A stretch of 32,948 nucleotides of DNA from Octopus bimaculoides (lineage: Eukaryota). The notes beneath the pieces were generated by a model that had not been told where the DNA came from, did not search any database, and worked only from the letters and a program-made list of their open reading frames with translations. The DNA lies in NCBI RefSeq assembly GCF_001194135.2, contig NC_068990.1, forward strand, positions 11,217,559 through 11,250,506, written 5' to 3'. The translations under genes were made by a program, and so were the position numbers. Positions 21,603-32,355 of the stretch are shown one piece after another; the stretch's first letter is position 1; each line of letters begins with the position of its first letter.

Positions 21603-22102
21603 TATATATTTATATATATATGTATATGTAAGTATATATATATATATATATATATATATTATGCCTATATATATATATATATTATAAATGTATGTATGTT
21701 GATATTTTGCTTCGACATAGCCATAATAACAACCTGGTGTTAGATCTGAAAATAATTATATTTTGAAATAAAATGTTGATTGTACGAAAATAAATAAATA
21801 GTAAAGGAACAGAAAACTATGCAATACTTTACAGCACTTTCTGCTATAAGATTTAGGGCACACAGAACTAAGTGCTCATGCATCATCTTATAGCAGAAAC
21901 AAATGTAAGGTTAGTAAGTTCATTGCATAATCTGCTGTTCCTTTCTTATTCATTTTATATCGCATACATGTATATGTATAAACACATGGTGTACTGAAAT
22001 GGTCAGATAGTTTGAGGGTGATGATAACGATGACAACAATGACAGCAATGATTATGACTTGGTTGTATCAGAAGTCTGAAGAACAGAGAGGAAGGTGCAT
22101 AC

Positions 22103-22393
22103 AATCATCATCATCATCATCGTCGTTTAACGTCCGCTTTCCATGCTAGCATGGGTTGGACGATTTGACTGAGGACTGGTGAAACCGGATGGCAACACCA
22201 GGCTCCAATCCAATTTGGCAGAGTTTCTACAGCTGGATGCCCTTCCTAACGCCAACCACTCAGAGAGTGTAGTGGGTGCTTTTACGTGTCACCCGCACGA
22301 AAACGGCCACGCTCGAAATGGTGTCTTTTATGTGCCACCCGCACAAGAGCCAGTCCAGGGGCACTGGCAACGATCTCGCTCGAAAACCCTACA
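22103..22393 (-). mobile_element. SINE family E, 3' part (V-domain-like, (GAT)n tail)
   Basis: The reverse complement contains GGCGTTAGGAAGGGCATCCAGCTGTAGAAAC (resembling the V-SINE domain, from memory) and ends GGAAAGCGGACGTTAAACGACGATGATGATG. Confidence 0.85.
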
Positions 22394-22403
22394 NNNNNNN
22401 NNN
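22394..22403. other. 10-N assembly gap between two near-identical repeat copies
   Basis: Direct reading. Confidence 1.
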
Positions 22404-22585
22404 TACAATCATCATCATCATCATCGTCGTTTAACGTCCGCTTTCCATGCTAGCATGGGTTGGACGATTTGACTGAGGACTGGTGAAACCAGATGACTAC
22501 ACCAGACTCCAATCTGATTTGGCAGTGTTTCTACAGATGGATGAGCTGGATGCCCTTCCTAACGCCAACCACTCAGAGAGTGTAT
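22404..22585 (-). mobile_element. SINE family E, second copy
   Basis: Same tail and body as 22103-22270, with several substitutions and a short insertion. Confidence 0.85.
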
Positions 22586-23124
22586 ATGTTTAATGTTTTT
22601 TGCTTATTTTCTGCAAAGAAAGTTTATTTTCTAATCTTAGATAACCATGTATAGCACCATTTTATTCTTTTTAGTTATAATCATCATGACATAACATGAG
22701 GTAAATAAATATACTAAATGAAACATTTTATAAAGTGAGACATTTGTTATACATGGAAAATAAATGCAGTTTGGAAGACATTAATGGAATGCCTGTTTTA
22801 CTTTTCAACATTTTTTCTTCTTTTTTTTCATAGAGCATTATTATTTTAACAATCGTGATAAAAGAGAAACTTCCTACATACAGATTTACTGTTTCCAGGG
22901 AATTCTACATTGTGAATCTGTTGTTATTAGAGTTAATATTTTAGTTTTAACAATGTGAAATTCACCAAGTCATTGTTTTGGTATTTTCTTTCAGGCATAA
23001 ATATTCGTTTCAAGCTACTGTTTCACAGTATTTATCTTTCATTTGTAATAGAAGAGACATCTTTTTGCAAACATTGCCTTGACCATTTATTGACAACGTG
23101 GATGGATATCTTTTAGAATTTATG

Positions 23125-23365
23125 GCCAGGTGTGGCTGTGTGGTAAGAATTTTGCTTCACAACCACATGCTGCAGCACCACCTTGAACAACTTTTAGTAA
23201 AATGAATCAGGCTTGTTATTAATTCTATTGGTAACTTTGGGCAACCTACTAAGTTACAGGGATGTAAACACAACAATACCAGTTGTGACTTGTGCTATGT
23301 GGGAGACAAACACCCACACATACACAGACACACACACATTTATATACAATAGGCATCTTTCAGTT
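23125..23365. mobile_element. degraded family A pieces in opposite orientations (head on +, about 23125-23190; body on -, about 23205-23365)
   Basis: GTGGCTGTGTGGTAAG...ACCACATG on the plus strand; CTAAGTTACAGGGATGTAAACAC...GACAAACAC is the reverse complement of the family A body. Confidence 0.6.
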
Positions 23366-23412
23366 AGAAACTGTCAGTATGCCATACCCTGAGGTATTTA
23401 TATGAGTGTGTG

Positions 23413-23444
<32 letters not shown>

Positions 23445-25142
23445 ACATGGAGACGAGCATCAATTCTTTTGTGTGATAGGGTAGATAATTGTTGAAGTAT
23501 TCCTTAACATGAAACCAATTGTAGCCTTAAAACACAAATAAAGAATCTTTATCCACCAATGGGGTGTTGAGAACACATTCTCATCGTTTGATATTTACCT
23601 CTGTGTGTGTATATATATATATATAAGCAATGTTAATTCTCTAAATTAGGTATTAACAGTAACTGCACGATAAAGTGAAGTATATTGCCATATATATATA
23701 TATACACACCAGTTATCTGACTATTTCTACATCAAGATGACCTCTATTCAAACTACCCCAAATCTCTTACATTGTCTTAAAGTAGACACATCTGTATAAT
23801 GTCATCCTAGATAGACTATTTATGAAGAAAAGCAACAATTGGACAGTCACAGTTTGGATGCATTTAATTATAGTATACTCAATGAAGTTTGTCCTGGAAC
23901 TAAGGGGTAATAATGACAGCATGAGTCCTGCTCCTGAAACCATATTTACTTCCACCACCACAACCAATAAAACGATAGCTTAATTCAAATTTTATCAAAA
24001 GCTCCTCATTTCTATCCTAATAATCTGGATTGACAGGAAAAATAAACCCAAAACAACATTAAACTTGAATCAAATAAAACATTACCAAATCATTCCAGTC
24101 TATCAGAAAACATACAATTAAGTTGATGCCACTATTTTTGTACTGAAATTTTCCCTTACTCTCTCTCTCTCTCTTACTCTCATTCACCTCTCTCTGTCTC
24201 ACCTTCTCCCTTTCTCCCTCTCTGTCCTTATCTGTCTGTTCGTCTGTTTTCCTCTCTTTTACTATTGTATTTAATTTATCTCAATGATGCATTCACAAAA
24301 AGAAAAGAAAAAGGAGTTGAAACAATAAACAGATAAATTCTTTAAAAAATCTCAAAACTATAAAAGTAAAAATGATAAGATACTAAAATCAAATGAAAGC
24401 AAAATAAAATAAGAAATACTGAAATAAACACAATTTTGCTGTGATTTCTAATTTAGCTAAACTGTCCTTGTTGAAGTCATTTGCATCGGCATGAAGCCTA
24501 ATGTTTAATTACACACACACTTTGTTTTGATTTTTACTGTGAAATTAATTAGTGATTTCTTGTATTTGGAGTGCTGGAAGGATTCCACCAATCATGTGAA
24601 TAATCTCAGACAAACAGATAGTCACTGGCTGATATACAAAATGATATACACAAAAATGCAAGAAGTGAGACTAAACAAGAACAGGGCAACAACAGTAGCT
24701 ACACCAGCAAAAAACGTCAACTACAGCTTAAACAGCTATGACGCCATAGTAATCACATTAAGCAGCAATGAATTTTATATTTAGTTACTCAACCAGCTCA
24801 GTTGCAATGTAGTATCAACAGTAAAATGTTCTTTAAAAGCTGTATCTTTTAACTACCACATGTAAGCAGAAAATGAGGAGTAGCAAACAGGTGTAATTGT
24901 TGTTGATGTTTAGACCCAGGTTGTCCATTATCAAACAAGTATGTGATCGAAAACAATCCGTCCATGGCTATCCTGCTTTCGTAGGAGTACATAGGACTAT
25001 ATTATCTGATGTCTTTTGTTCTTATATAAACTGGTGTGTTATGATTTGAGCAAGATTTGACTGCTTTTTCTAACAGCTATTTCGTGTGGCCACGTAGAAT
25101 CTCATTTGTTGGTTGAGTTTATATACTAGCCACAGACTCAGA

Positions 25143-25535
25143 TCATCATCATCATCATCATCATCATCGTTTAACGTCCGCTTTCCATGCTAGCATGGGT
25201 TGGACGATTTGACTGAGGACTGGTGAACCAGATGGCTACACCAGGCTCCAATCTGATCTGGCAGAGTTTCTACAGCTGGATGCCCTTCCTAACACCAACC
25301 ACATGAGGGCCAGTCACGCAATGGACATGCTCAAAATAGTGTTTTTTACGTGCCCCCTGCACAGTAGCCAGTCCAGCGGCACTGGCAATGACCTTGCTTG
25401 AATGATTTTCTAATGTGCCACCGGTGCAAGTGCCAGTAAGGCGACGCTGGTAACGATCACGCTCAAATGGTGCTATTTACGGGCCATTCGTACAGAAGCC
25501 AGACAGCTGCTCTGGCAATGATCACGCTTGGACAA
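25143..25535 (-). mobile_element. SINE family E with internal degenerate tandem units
   Basis: (CAT)n then CGTTTAACGTCCGCTTTCCATGCTAGCATGGG as at 22103, followed by repeated TTTACGTGCC...GCCAGT...CTGGCAA(C/T)GA..(A/T)(C/T)GCT units. Confidence 0.85.
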
Positions 25536-25688
25536 TATAAGAGAAGTGATTACTAAGGAAAGATAATCGCTTATTCCTTTGTCATCTATTTTCTTATTAC
25601 TACTCTGTACTCAACTGACACTTCCTTTAGCAGTGTATGTATACTGAGTTCTATACCTGGTTATTAGTATTGCGATGCTTAAGTGAAA

Positions 25689-25757
25689 CACACACACACT
25701 TACACACACACACTTACACACACACACTTACACACACACACTGACACACAGACACAC
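25689..25757. repeat. compound (CA)n with a 14-bp period (ACACACACACACTT)
   Basis: Direct reading. Confidence 0.9.
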
Positions 25758-26011
25758 CGAGTGGTCAGGTTAAATTTGATGATATTTTACATCTCCATTT
25801 TGCAGGAACAACTTGATTTATTGGTAAATAGTGAATGGCACTGAAGAACTTAAAGATTAAAGGTGTAGTTGAGAAAATGTTAGGTGACATGGAGGGACAG
25901 AAGCCATCTGAATACTGGAAAGGAATTACCTGTGTCATGATGATTTGCAATAGGTGTCAAAATATTGATGTCATGACTGGGCTCACTGCTCTGTGGTCAC
26001 GCTAAAGGCTT

Positions 26012-26247
26012 GGTTATAGAACAAACATTAAATTTGGGTCAACGACTTTATATACAACACCACCCCTCAAACATTTAATCATATATAAAAATCACCATGG
26101 TTCCCAAACACATCAAATAATATATATACATAAAATCACAGAAGGTAAAAATATATAATCGACTAAATTACAAATAGAATGGCCTATCAAAAAGTTAAAT
26201 ATAAACGGCTAAAAATTTGACCCAAATTTAACGTCTGTTCTATAACC
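26012..26247. mobile_element. MITE with 31-bp TIRs, superfamily unresolved
   Basis: Left GGTTATAGAACAAACATTAAATTTGGGTCAA versus the reverse complement of the right end GGTTATAGAACAGACGTTAAATTTGGGTCAA (29/31). AT-rich interior. Confidence 0.85.
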
Positions 26248-26755
26248 AATGATTCTTTATCTTCATCTCATTTATATTTGAGCACTTCTTTTGCAGTCCT
26301 ATAAACCCTTTTGTTTCTGTGAAAAGAGACAAATATTATTTCTTGTAGTATATATATATATATATTTATATATATTTATATTTATATTAAGGGCATTACT
26401 ATACATAAATGCCTTATGCTAGTAGGGACTCTTAAAGTCAAAACTACCATAATAAACACATTGTACCGAACACGAGGGAAGGCAATGCTCGAAGTGAGCC
26501 TTTTAAAAACAGATTTAGATGCAGATCATATGATTTCATAATTAGTGAGATTTTTCACGCTAACTACTTGATAATTTCTTATAAAGATTTTATCCTATTT
26601 TAAATTGTACATATATGTATATAGTTTTAGGGAAAAGAACCAAGGTTCATGAACTTAATTTAATATTAATTTTCAATAAATTGAATTTAATTGAGTTTTT
26701 ACCTTTAAATTTAGATTTTTATCCCTAATATTATTATTATTATTAGTATATACAT

Positions 26756-27018
26756 NNNNNNNNNNNNNNNNNNNNNNNNNNNNNNNNNNNNNNNNNNNNN
26801 NNNNNNNNNNNNNNNNNNNNNNNNNNNNNNNNNNNNNNNNNNNNNNNNNNNNNNNNNNNNNNNNNNNNNNNNNNNNNNNNNNNNNNNNNNNNNNNNNNNN
26901 NNNNNNNNNNNNNNNNNNNNNNNNNNNNNNNNNNNNNNNNNNNNNNNNNNNNNNNNNNNNNNNNNNNNNNNNNNNNNNNNNNNNNNNNNNNNNNNNNNNN
27001 NNNNNNNNNNNNNNNNNN
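26756..27018. other. assembly gap next to (AT)n
   Basis: N run. Confidence 1.
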
Positions 27019-27067
<49 letters not shown>

Positions 27068-28521
27068 TTAACATATATTTTGTATTCAATTCCTCAATGC
27101 TTTCACTCTGTTGATGAAGCCCACCTAGATAAGGACAGTGGATGAACTGCATAGATAATATATTTTTATCGTTATTGTTGTTTGGTTCCATGTCAACCCT
27201 GACTGAGTAAATCCATGATCAAAGGTTTTCTGACCATGTTCGATTTTTTCTTACTTCAGATATTTAGGAGCACTTTATGTAATGTATATTTCCATTTTTT
27301 AAGTTGTTGGGTTAGATTTTGTAGCAATTTCTCTATCCTTACAAAGGACAGAAGAATCTCCTCTCCTCTTACCTTTTTATTAATTTGCAGTGCAGTATCC
27401 TTTTATTGGTTTGGTAAACTATATTCAAATTCCTTGAGTCCAGAGAATGCAAACATGAATACCTTCCATTATTTAGTCTCATACCAGCACAAGCCTTTGT
27501 ATATCACACCTCACTATTAAACAGTGAATTTGATCCATTGACGTTGATGTGGTGAGGTGTTACAAACAATCTTTTTAACATTAACTATATTGCATAGATA
27601 CAATCATTCACTATATGAGAAATATATATAAGCTATGATTATATGAGATTCCACATAATGATAGCAAAATCCAAGCCAAACAACTCTCCATTATGCTTTG
27701 TATTGATCGAATCTCCAGAAATAAAGGAATTATATATTTTCCTTCAATCTTTAAAAGTATAGGAAAAGAAAATATTAGAATGACATCCATTTCTTAACAT
27801 CTGATAATAATAGAAAATAAATTAACAAGGTAGTTCATACCTAGAGAATGAGTACTGGCTCTTGAAAAGAAAAAAAAATATCTAAGATATAAAATCTTGT
27901 TGTCTAGCTTCTGGCTATTTTTCTCAATATTTGGTTTCTAAATCAGTATCTAATCTTATTTGAAACCCTATAAATAATAATTGCAAGGATTATGATCCAG
28001 TAATGTAGTGTTGGAAAAATAGCCAGCTGATAGCTATGAAACAGAAATTTATAAAATGAAAATATAATACACCATTGTGTATTTCTTCTACAATACATGA
28101 TGGGGATAATCTAGTATAGTTTGTCAAAAGTATTTATTATATCTTCAACACAAATCTATTCTTTAAATGTCTATAAAGGTTAAAAATTAAAATTCAGGAT
28201 CAAGTGAAACTACCAAGGGTGTGAATAGAGAGAAGAGTAATGATAGATCCAAGAGAGTCTGATATCAATAAATTTTGCTGTTGAGAAGAATGGTAAAGTG
28301 GAGGGTGGAGGGTGCTTTTGGTTACAACTGAGTGTAGTGTTCCAGCAGAAGTGAAAAAGAAGTGAATTCACACTTCTTGCCACAAGGGTATCAATGAAGG
28401 AGATGTTAAAAAAAACAGTTTACAATTTGGTGGGAGACTTACATAAAAGGAAGAGGAAAAGAAGAGGACGGGATGAAGAGATTAAAAAGTGTACTTGTTA
28501 TGGACTGGGCACTATATTGGT

Positions 28522-28830
28522 TACAATAATGAGCGTTCTAGTTGATTCAATCAACAGAGCAACCTGCTCATGAAATTAATGTGCAAGTGGTTGAGCACTC
28601 CACAGACATGCATGCCCTTGACACAGTTCTCTGGGGGATTCAGCATGACACAGAATGTGACAAGACTGTCCCTTTGAAATACAAGCACAAAACATTTTTG
28701 CCTGCTGGGTAGACTAGGATAATGTGAAGTAAAGTGTCTTGCTCAAGGACACAACACATTGCTAGGAACTGAACTCACGACCTTATGAACATGAGCTAAA
28801 TACAATAATCACTAAGTTATGTGCCTTCAT
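28522..28830 (-). mobile_element. SINE family C, CpG-decayed
   Basis: Reverse complement of the family C head, core and tail (AAAGTGTCTTGCTCAAGGACACAAC; GAAATTAATGTGCAAGTGG). Confidence 0.88.
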
Positions 28831-28903
28831 TGTACTTAGTATACAAAGTATTTGAACACATGGATGATGAATTCCTCTTGACACAGAAGTTCCTCAATTT
28901 AGG

Positions 28904-29023
28904 GCTAATCACAAAACTCCTCACATTAAGGAGCACCTTGATCATTGCTAATCACAAAACTCCTCACTTTAAGGAGCACCTTGATCATTGCTAATCACAA
29001 AACTCCTCACTTTAAGGAGCACC
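28904..29023. repeat. 43-bp tandem repeat, about 2.8 copies
   Basis: GCTAATCACAAAACTCCTCAC(A/T)TTAAGGAGCACCTTGATCATT starts at 28904, 28947 and 28990; there is one mismatch between the units. Confidence 0.97.
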
Positions 29024-29038
29024 CTGCCTATCTACAAG

Positions 29039-29185
29039 CTACATGCTTGACGTAGTTCCATTCACCCAGACCCTTTTTGCTACATTCGCCCATCTTCTGA
29101 TAATTTCATTTGAGGAGAGCTCTTCCCTCCTCGCCCTCACTTTCCTTTCCATGTAGAACTAGAAAAGTCTATGAGAGCTTTCTGA
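29039..29185 (-). mobile_element. possible L1/Tx1-clade LINE ORF2 C-terminus fragment
   Basis: MERKVRARREELSSNEIIRRWANVAKRVWVNGTTSSM* resembles remembered Tx1-like C-termini (LKRKVRVER...F..RW); no catalytic motif is visible. Confidence 0.35.
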
Positions 29186-30005
29186 AAAACTACATTTACA
29201 GATTTAAATCAAATAGGTTTTGCAATTTAGCAAAAGCCCAAATTTTTATGATTGATTAACTCATTTATAAATTTGCTGTGTGGTTCACTCTATAGTTAGC
29301 ATAATTTGTTCATTATTAAAACCTGTGTCAAGAGATGACATCACTAAGAAAATATATTTACTTACAGCACTCAAGGAGATGCTCCACCAGCTACATCGAA
29401 TCTGTGTACATAAAGGTCAAAATTGTAATCATTCATCAGAGATTGGCAGTCAAATATTATTTTATTAAATTTAGTTGACAGTCCTAAATTGCTTTATGCT
29501 ACAACTAAATATGTTTCCACATATGAATTATATTTTCTAATTTGTTATAAGATATTGTAAGATGTTGTAATCTGTTGCAAGATATTGTAAGATATTGGCC
29601 AAGGTTAAAAAACAGCCAATTAATTATACTGACAGAAAATGGTTTTGTAAAAGGCAATAAAATGGAATTTAATATTTTAAGGGTGGATTTTATATGGTTA
29701 CTCTGACACTGAAAGATAATTGGATATGGAGTTATTGTTGCTGAAGTAATTTTTCGTTATCCTCCATTGTGGATCATAATAGACTTTTGTTTTCCTTACT
29801 TTGATGGATAAAACACTGTTGTTGTTGTTGTTGTTGTTGTTGTTGCTGTTGCTGCGGCTGCCACTTTTGTTCAGTTCTTATTGCTTCGTTAATGTTATTA
29901 TGGTCGTTAATGATGATGTTTTGCATATTGTTGTTATATAACCCTAAGTTAGCCCTGACTGAGTAGAGTTAACATCAAATGCATTCCACCATTCAACATC
30001 ACATT

Positions 30006-30019
30006 ACTATTATTATCAC

Positions 30020-30051
<32 letters not shown>

Positions 30052-30088
30052 ATATTATTATTAATATTATTATTATTATTATTATTAA

Positions 30089-30119
<31 letters not shown>
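30006..30119. repeat. (ATT)n microsatellite
   Basis: Direct reading; this explains the poly-N ORF at 29949-30230. Confidence 0.95.
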
Positions 30120-30121
<2 letters not shown>

Positions 30122-30310
30122 GGCAGTAAGCTGGCAGAATCATTAGCATGCTGGAGAAAATGCTTAGCAGAATTTCATCCATCTTTATGTTCTGAGTTCC
30201 TATTCCAGCAGGATCAACTTTGCCTTTCATCCTTGCAGGACCAATCGATTAAGTACCAGTGAAAACACTGGGGGGTCGATATAATCAACTACTTCCCTCC
30301 CACAAAATCT
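30120..30310 (+). mobile_element. SINE family B
   Basis: AGGCAGTAAGCTGGCAGAATCATTAGC...GAGTTCC...CTTTGCCTTTCATCCTT...AAGTACCAG...GGGGGTCGATATAATC. Confidence 0.88.
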
Positions 30311-30608
30311 GCGACCTTGGAATATTTAGGAATGGTCAGTATTGTGTTCTCGTCAAAGGATGACGTGTGTGGTGAGGTCACCTATTCATTTCTCACAGGT
30401 GGTATGGTGAACACACACACACACACACACATAAATGCATATATACACACACACATATATATGCATGTATACACATACACACACAAATGTACACAAAGTA
30501 ATATACTTATATGCCTCTTGACCATTATCCTTTTGCATGTACACACATATATGCATACATACATATACATACATGCATACACGCAAACATATATATATAC
30601 ATACGTGC

Positions 30609-30645
<37 letters not shown>

Positions 30646-31179
30646 NNNNNNNNNNNNNNNNNNNNNNNNNNNNNNNNNNNNNNNNNNNNNNNNNNNNNNN
30701 NNNNNNNNNNNNNNNNNNNNNNNNNNNNNNNNNNNNNNNNNNNNNNNNNNNNNNNNNNNNNNNNNNNNNNNNNNNNNNNNNNNNNNNNNNNNNNNNNNNN
30801 NNNNNNNNNNNNNNNNNNNNNNNNNNNNNNNNNNNNNNNNNNNNNNNNNNNNNNNNNNNNNNNNNNNNNNNNNNNNNNNNNNNNNNNNNNNNNNNNNNNN
30901 NNNNNNNNNNNNNNNNNNNNNNNNNNNNNNNNNNNNNNNNNNNNNNNNNNNNNNNNNNNNNNNNNNNNNNNNNNNNNNNNNNNNNNNNNNNNNNNNNNNN
31001 NNNNNNNNNNNNNNNNNNNNNNNNNNNNNNNNNNNNNNNNNNNNNNNNNNNNNNNNNNNNNNNNNNNNNNNNNNNNNNNNNNNNNNNNNNNNNNNNNNNN
31101 NNNNNNNNNNNNNNNNNNNNNNNNNNNNNNNNNNNNNNNNNNNNNNNNNNNNNNNNNNNNNNNNNNNNNNNNNNNNNNN
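30646..31179. other. assembly gap flanked by AT/CA-rich microsatellite sequence
   Basis: N run. Confidence 1.
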
Positions 31180-31232
31180 CTACACTTTATCGTGCAGTTA
31201 CTGTTTATACTTCATTTAGAGAATTAACATTG

Positions 31233-31281
<49 letters not shown>

Positions 31282-31679
31282 GTACATGCATTACATACAC
31301 ACATGTATATATGCATACACACACATATACATATAAATATATACATGCATATATGTACATACCTACACATATATGCATATATGCATGCATATATGGGTAC
31401 AGGACGTCCCCCCAAAAATGAACAAAATGAGAAACGAGAACATAAAGACAAAAACATGGAAAACAAACATTTTTTCGAACAACGAAATATACAAATAGAG
31501 AAACGAGACAAGTAACATAAAGAAAATTCCCTTTATCAGTTGTCCCCTGTTTTATCTACTCTGAGTTTTGAATGTGTTATTATATGATCAGACACCACGC
31601 GTCTATTTCCAAGTATATATACAGATACATACATGCACATGTACGCACACGCGCATATACATAAGGGAATATTTCAAAT

Positions 31680-32075
31680 TTTCTTTTCCTACATTTTCTG
31701 AAGTGAGTATACTTGTAAGAAAAAAACTTTTGCTATTTAAGCAACCAGTAAAACAGATGAACTGTAAGACGTGTGGCGAGAACCTCCTGGAAAATAACCA
31801 TAGCGAGGGACATTCCACAGTTGAATTAGAACGGTCACAAACAGTGAAAGAAGACATGCACCCAACACCAGAGCTGAAGACACCTCCGAAAGTGGGTGGC
31901 CCTGCCACGTCAAAACGGTAGAGGAGTAGGGGCCGAAACCGGACGTGGTTCCTCCTGATGATGTCTTGAGCTAACTGGATCCTATAAAGGAGCTGTTGTG
32001 GTAGCAGACCACGAAACATGTTTGAAATTCCTTCCTACATTTTTCAGTTTGAAAACGGCTACTTGAAGCTTGAAA
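31680..32075 (+). mobile_element. putative Penelope-like element 3' end with a hammerhead-like core
   Basis: CTGATGA (31955-61)-T-GT...AC-GAAAC-AT-GT-T (32011-32022). The upstream sequence has only weak resemblance to a GIY-YIG C-terminus. Confidence 0.5.
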
Positions 32076-32278
32076 CTCATATCAAAGTAACGCATTGTAA
32101 ACATTATTATTAAGTTCAAATTAAGATGAACGTAAACAAACAAACGAAGTTTGCTATAGAAGCGTTCAGATGTCTTAGAAAGTTATAGAAGTGATTTAAA
32201 ATTCTCAAACGCTGGATAATGGTAACAATATAGCATGAACAGGATAAGCTACACCTATTTTGCAGAAAAAAGTGTTGG

Positions 32279-32355
32279 CAGCCGGCTATGAGACTCGAGC
32301 TCACACCTCAAAGATTCCGCGTCGCGGTGCTCTAATCCATTAAGCTAAACCGCCC
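32279..32355 (-). mobile_element. tRNA-derived head (SINE-like), not a tRNA gene
   Basis: GGGCGGTTTAGCTTAATGGATTAGAGCACCGCGACGCGGAATCTTTGAGGTGTGAGCTCGAGTCTCATAGCCGGCTG has an A-box TAGCTTAATGG and a B-box-like GCTCGAGTC, but no intact cloverleaf. Confidence 0.7.

Noticed and set aside
23767-24784. Several protein-like frames on both strands (23767-23967 minus, 24527-24784 plus)
   Set aside because: No recognised motif, inconsistent strands and weak splice sites; left unresolved.
28904-29023. CRISPR-like look of the 43-bp hairpin-containing repeats
   Set aside because: The units are contiguous with no unique spacers, there are no cas genes, and the context is eukaryotic.
30317-31421. Longest ORFs (238-300 aa), and the one at 26673-27191
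   Set aside because: They run through N gaps and AT/CA microsatellites, so they are artefacts.
32140-32178. Degenerate minus-strand hammerhead (CTGAA-CGCT-TCTAT-AGC-AAAC)
   Set aside because: It needs deletion of several catalytic nucleotides to fit, so it cannot be supported without a family consensus.
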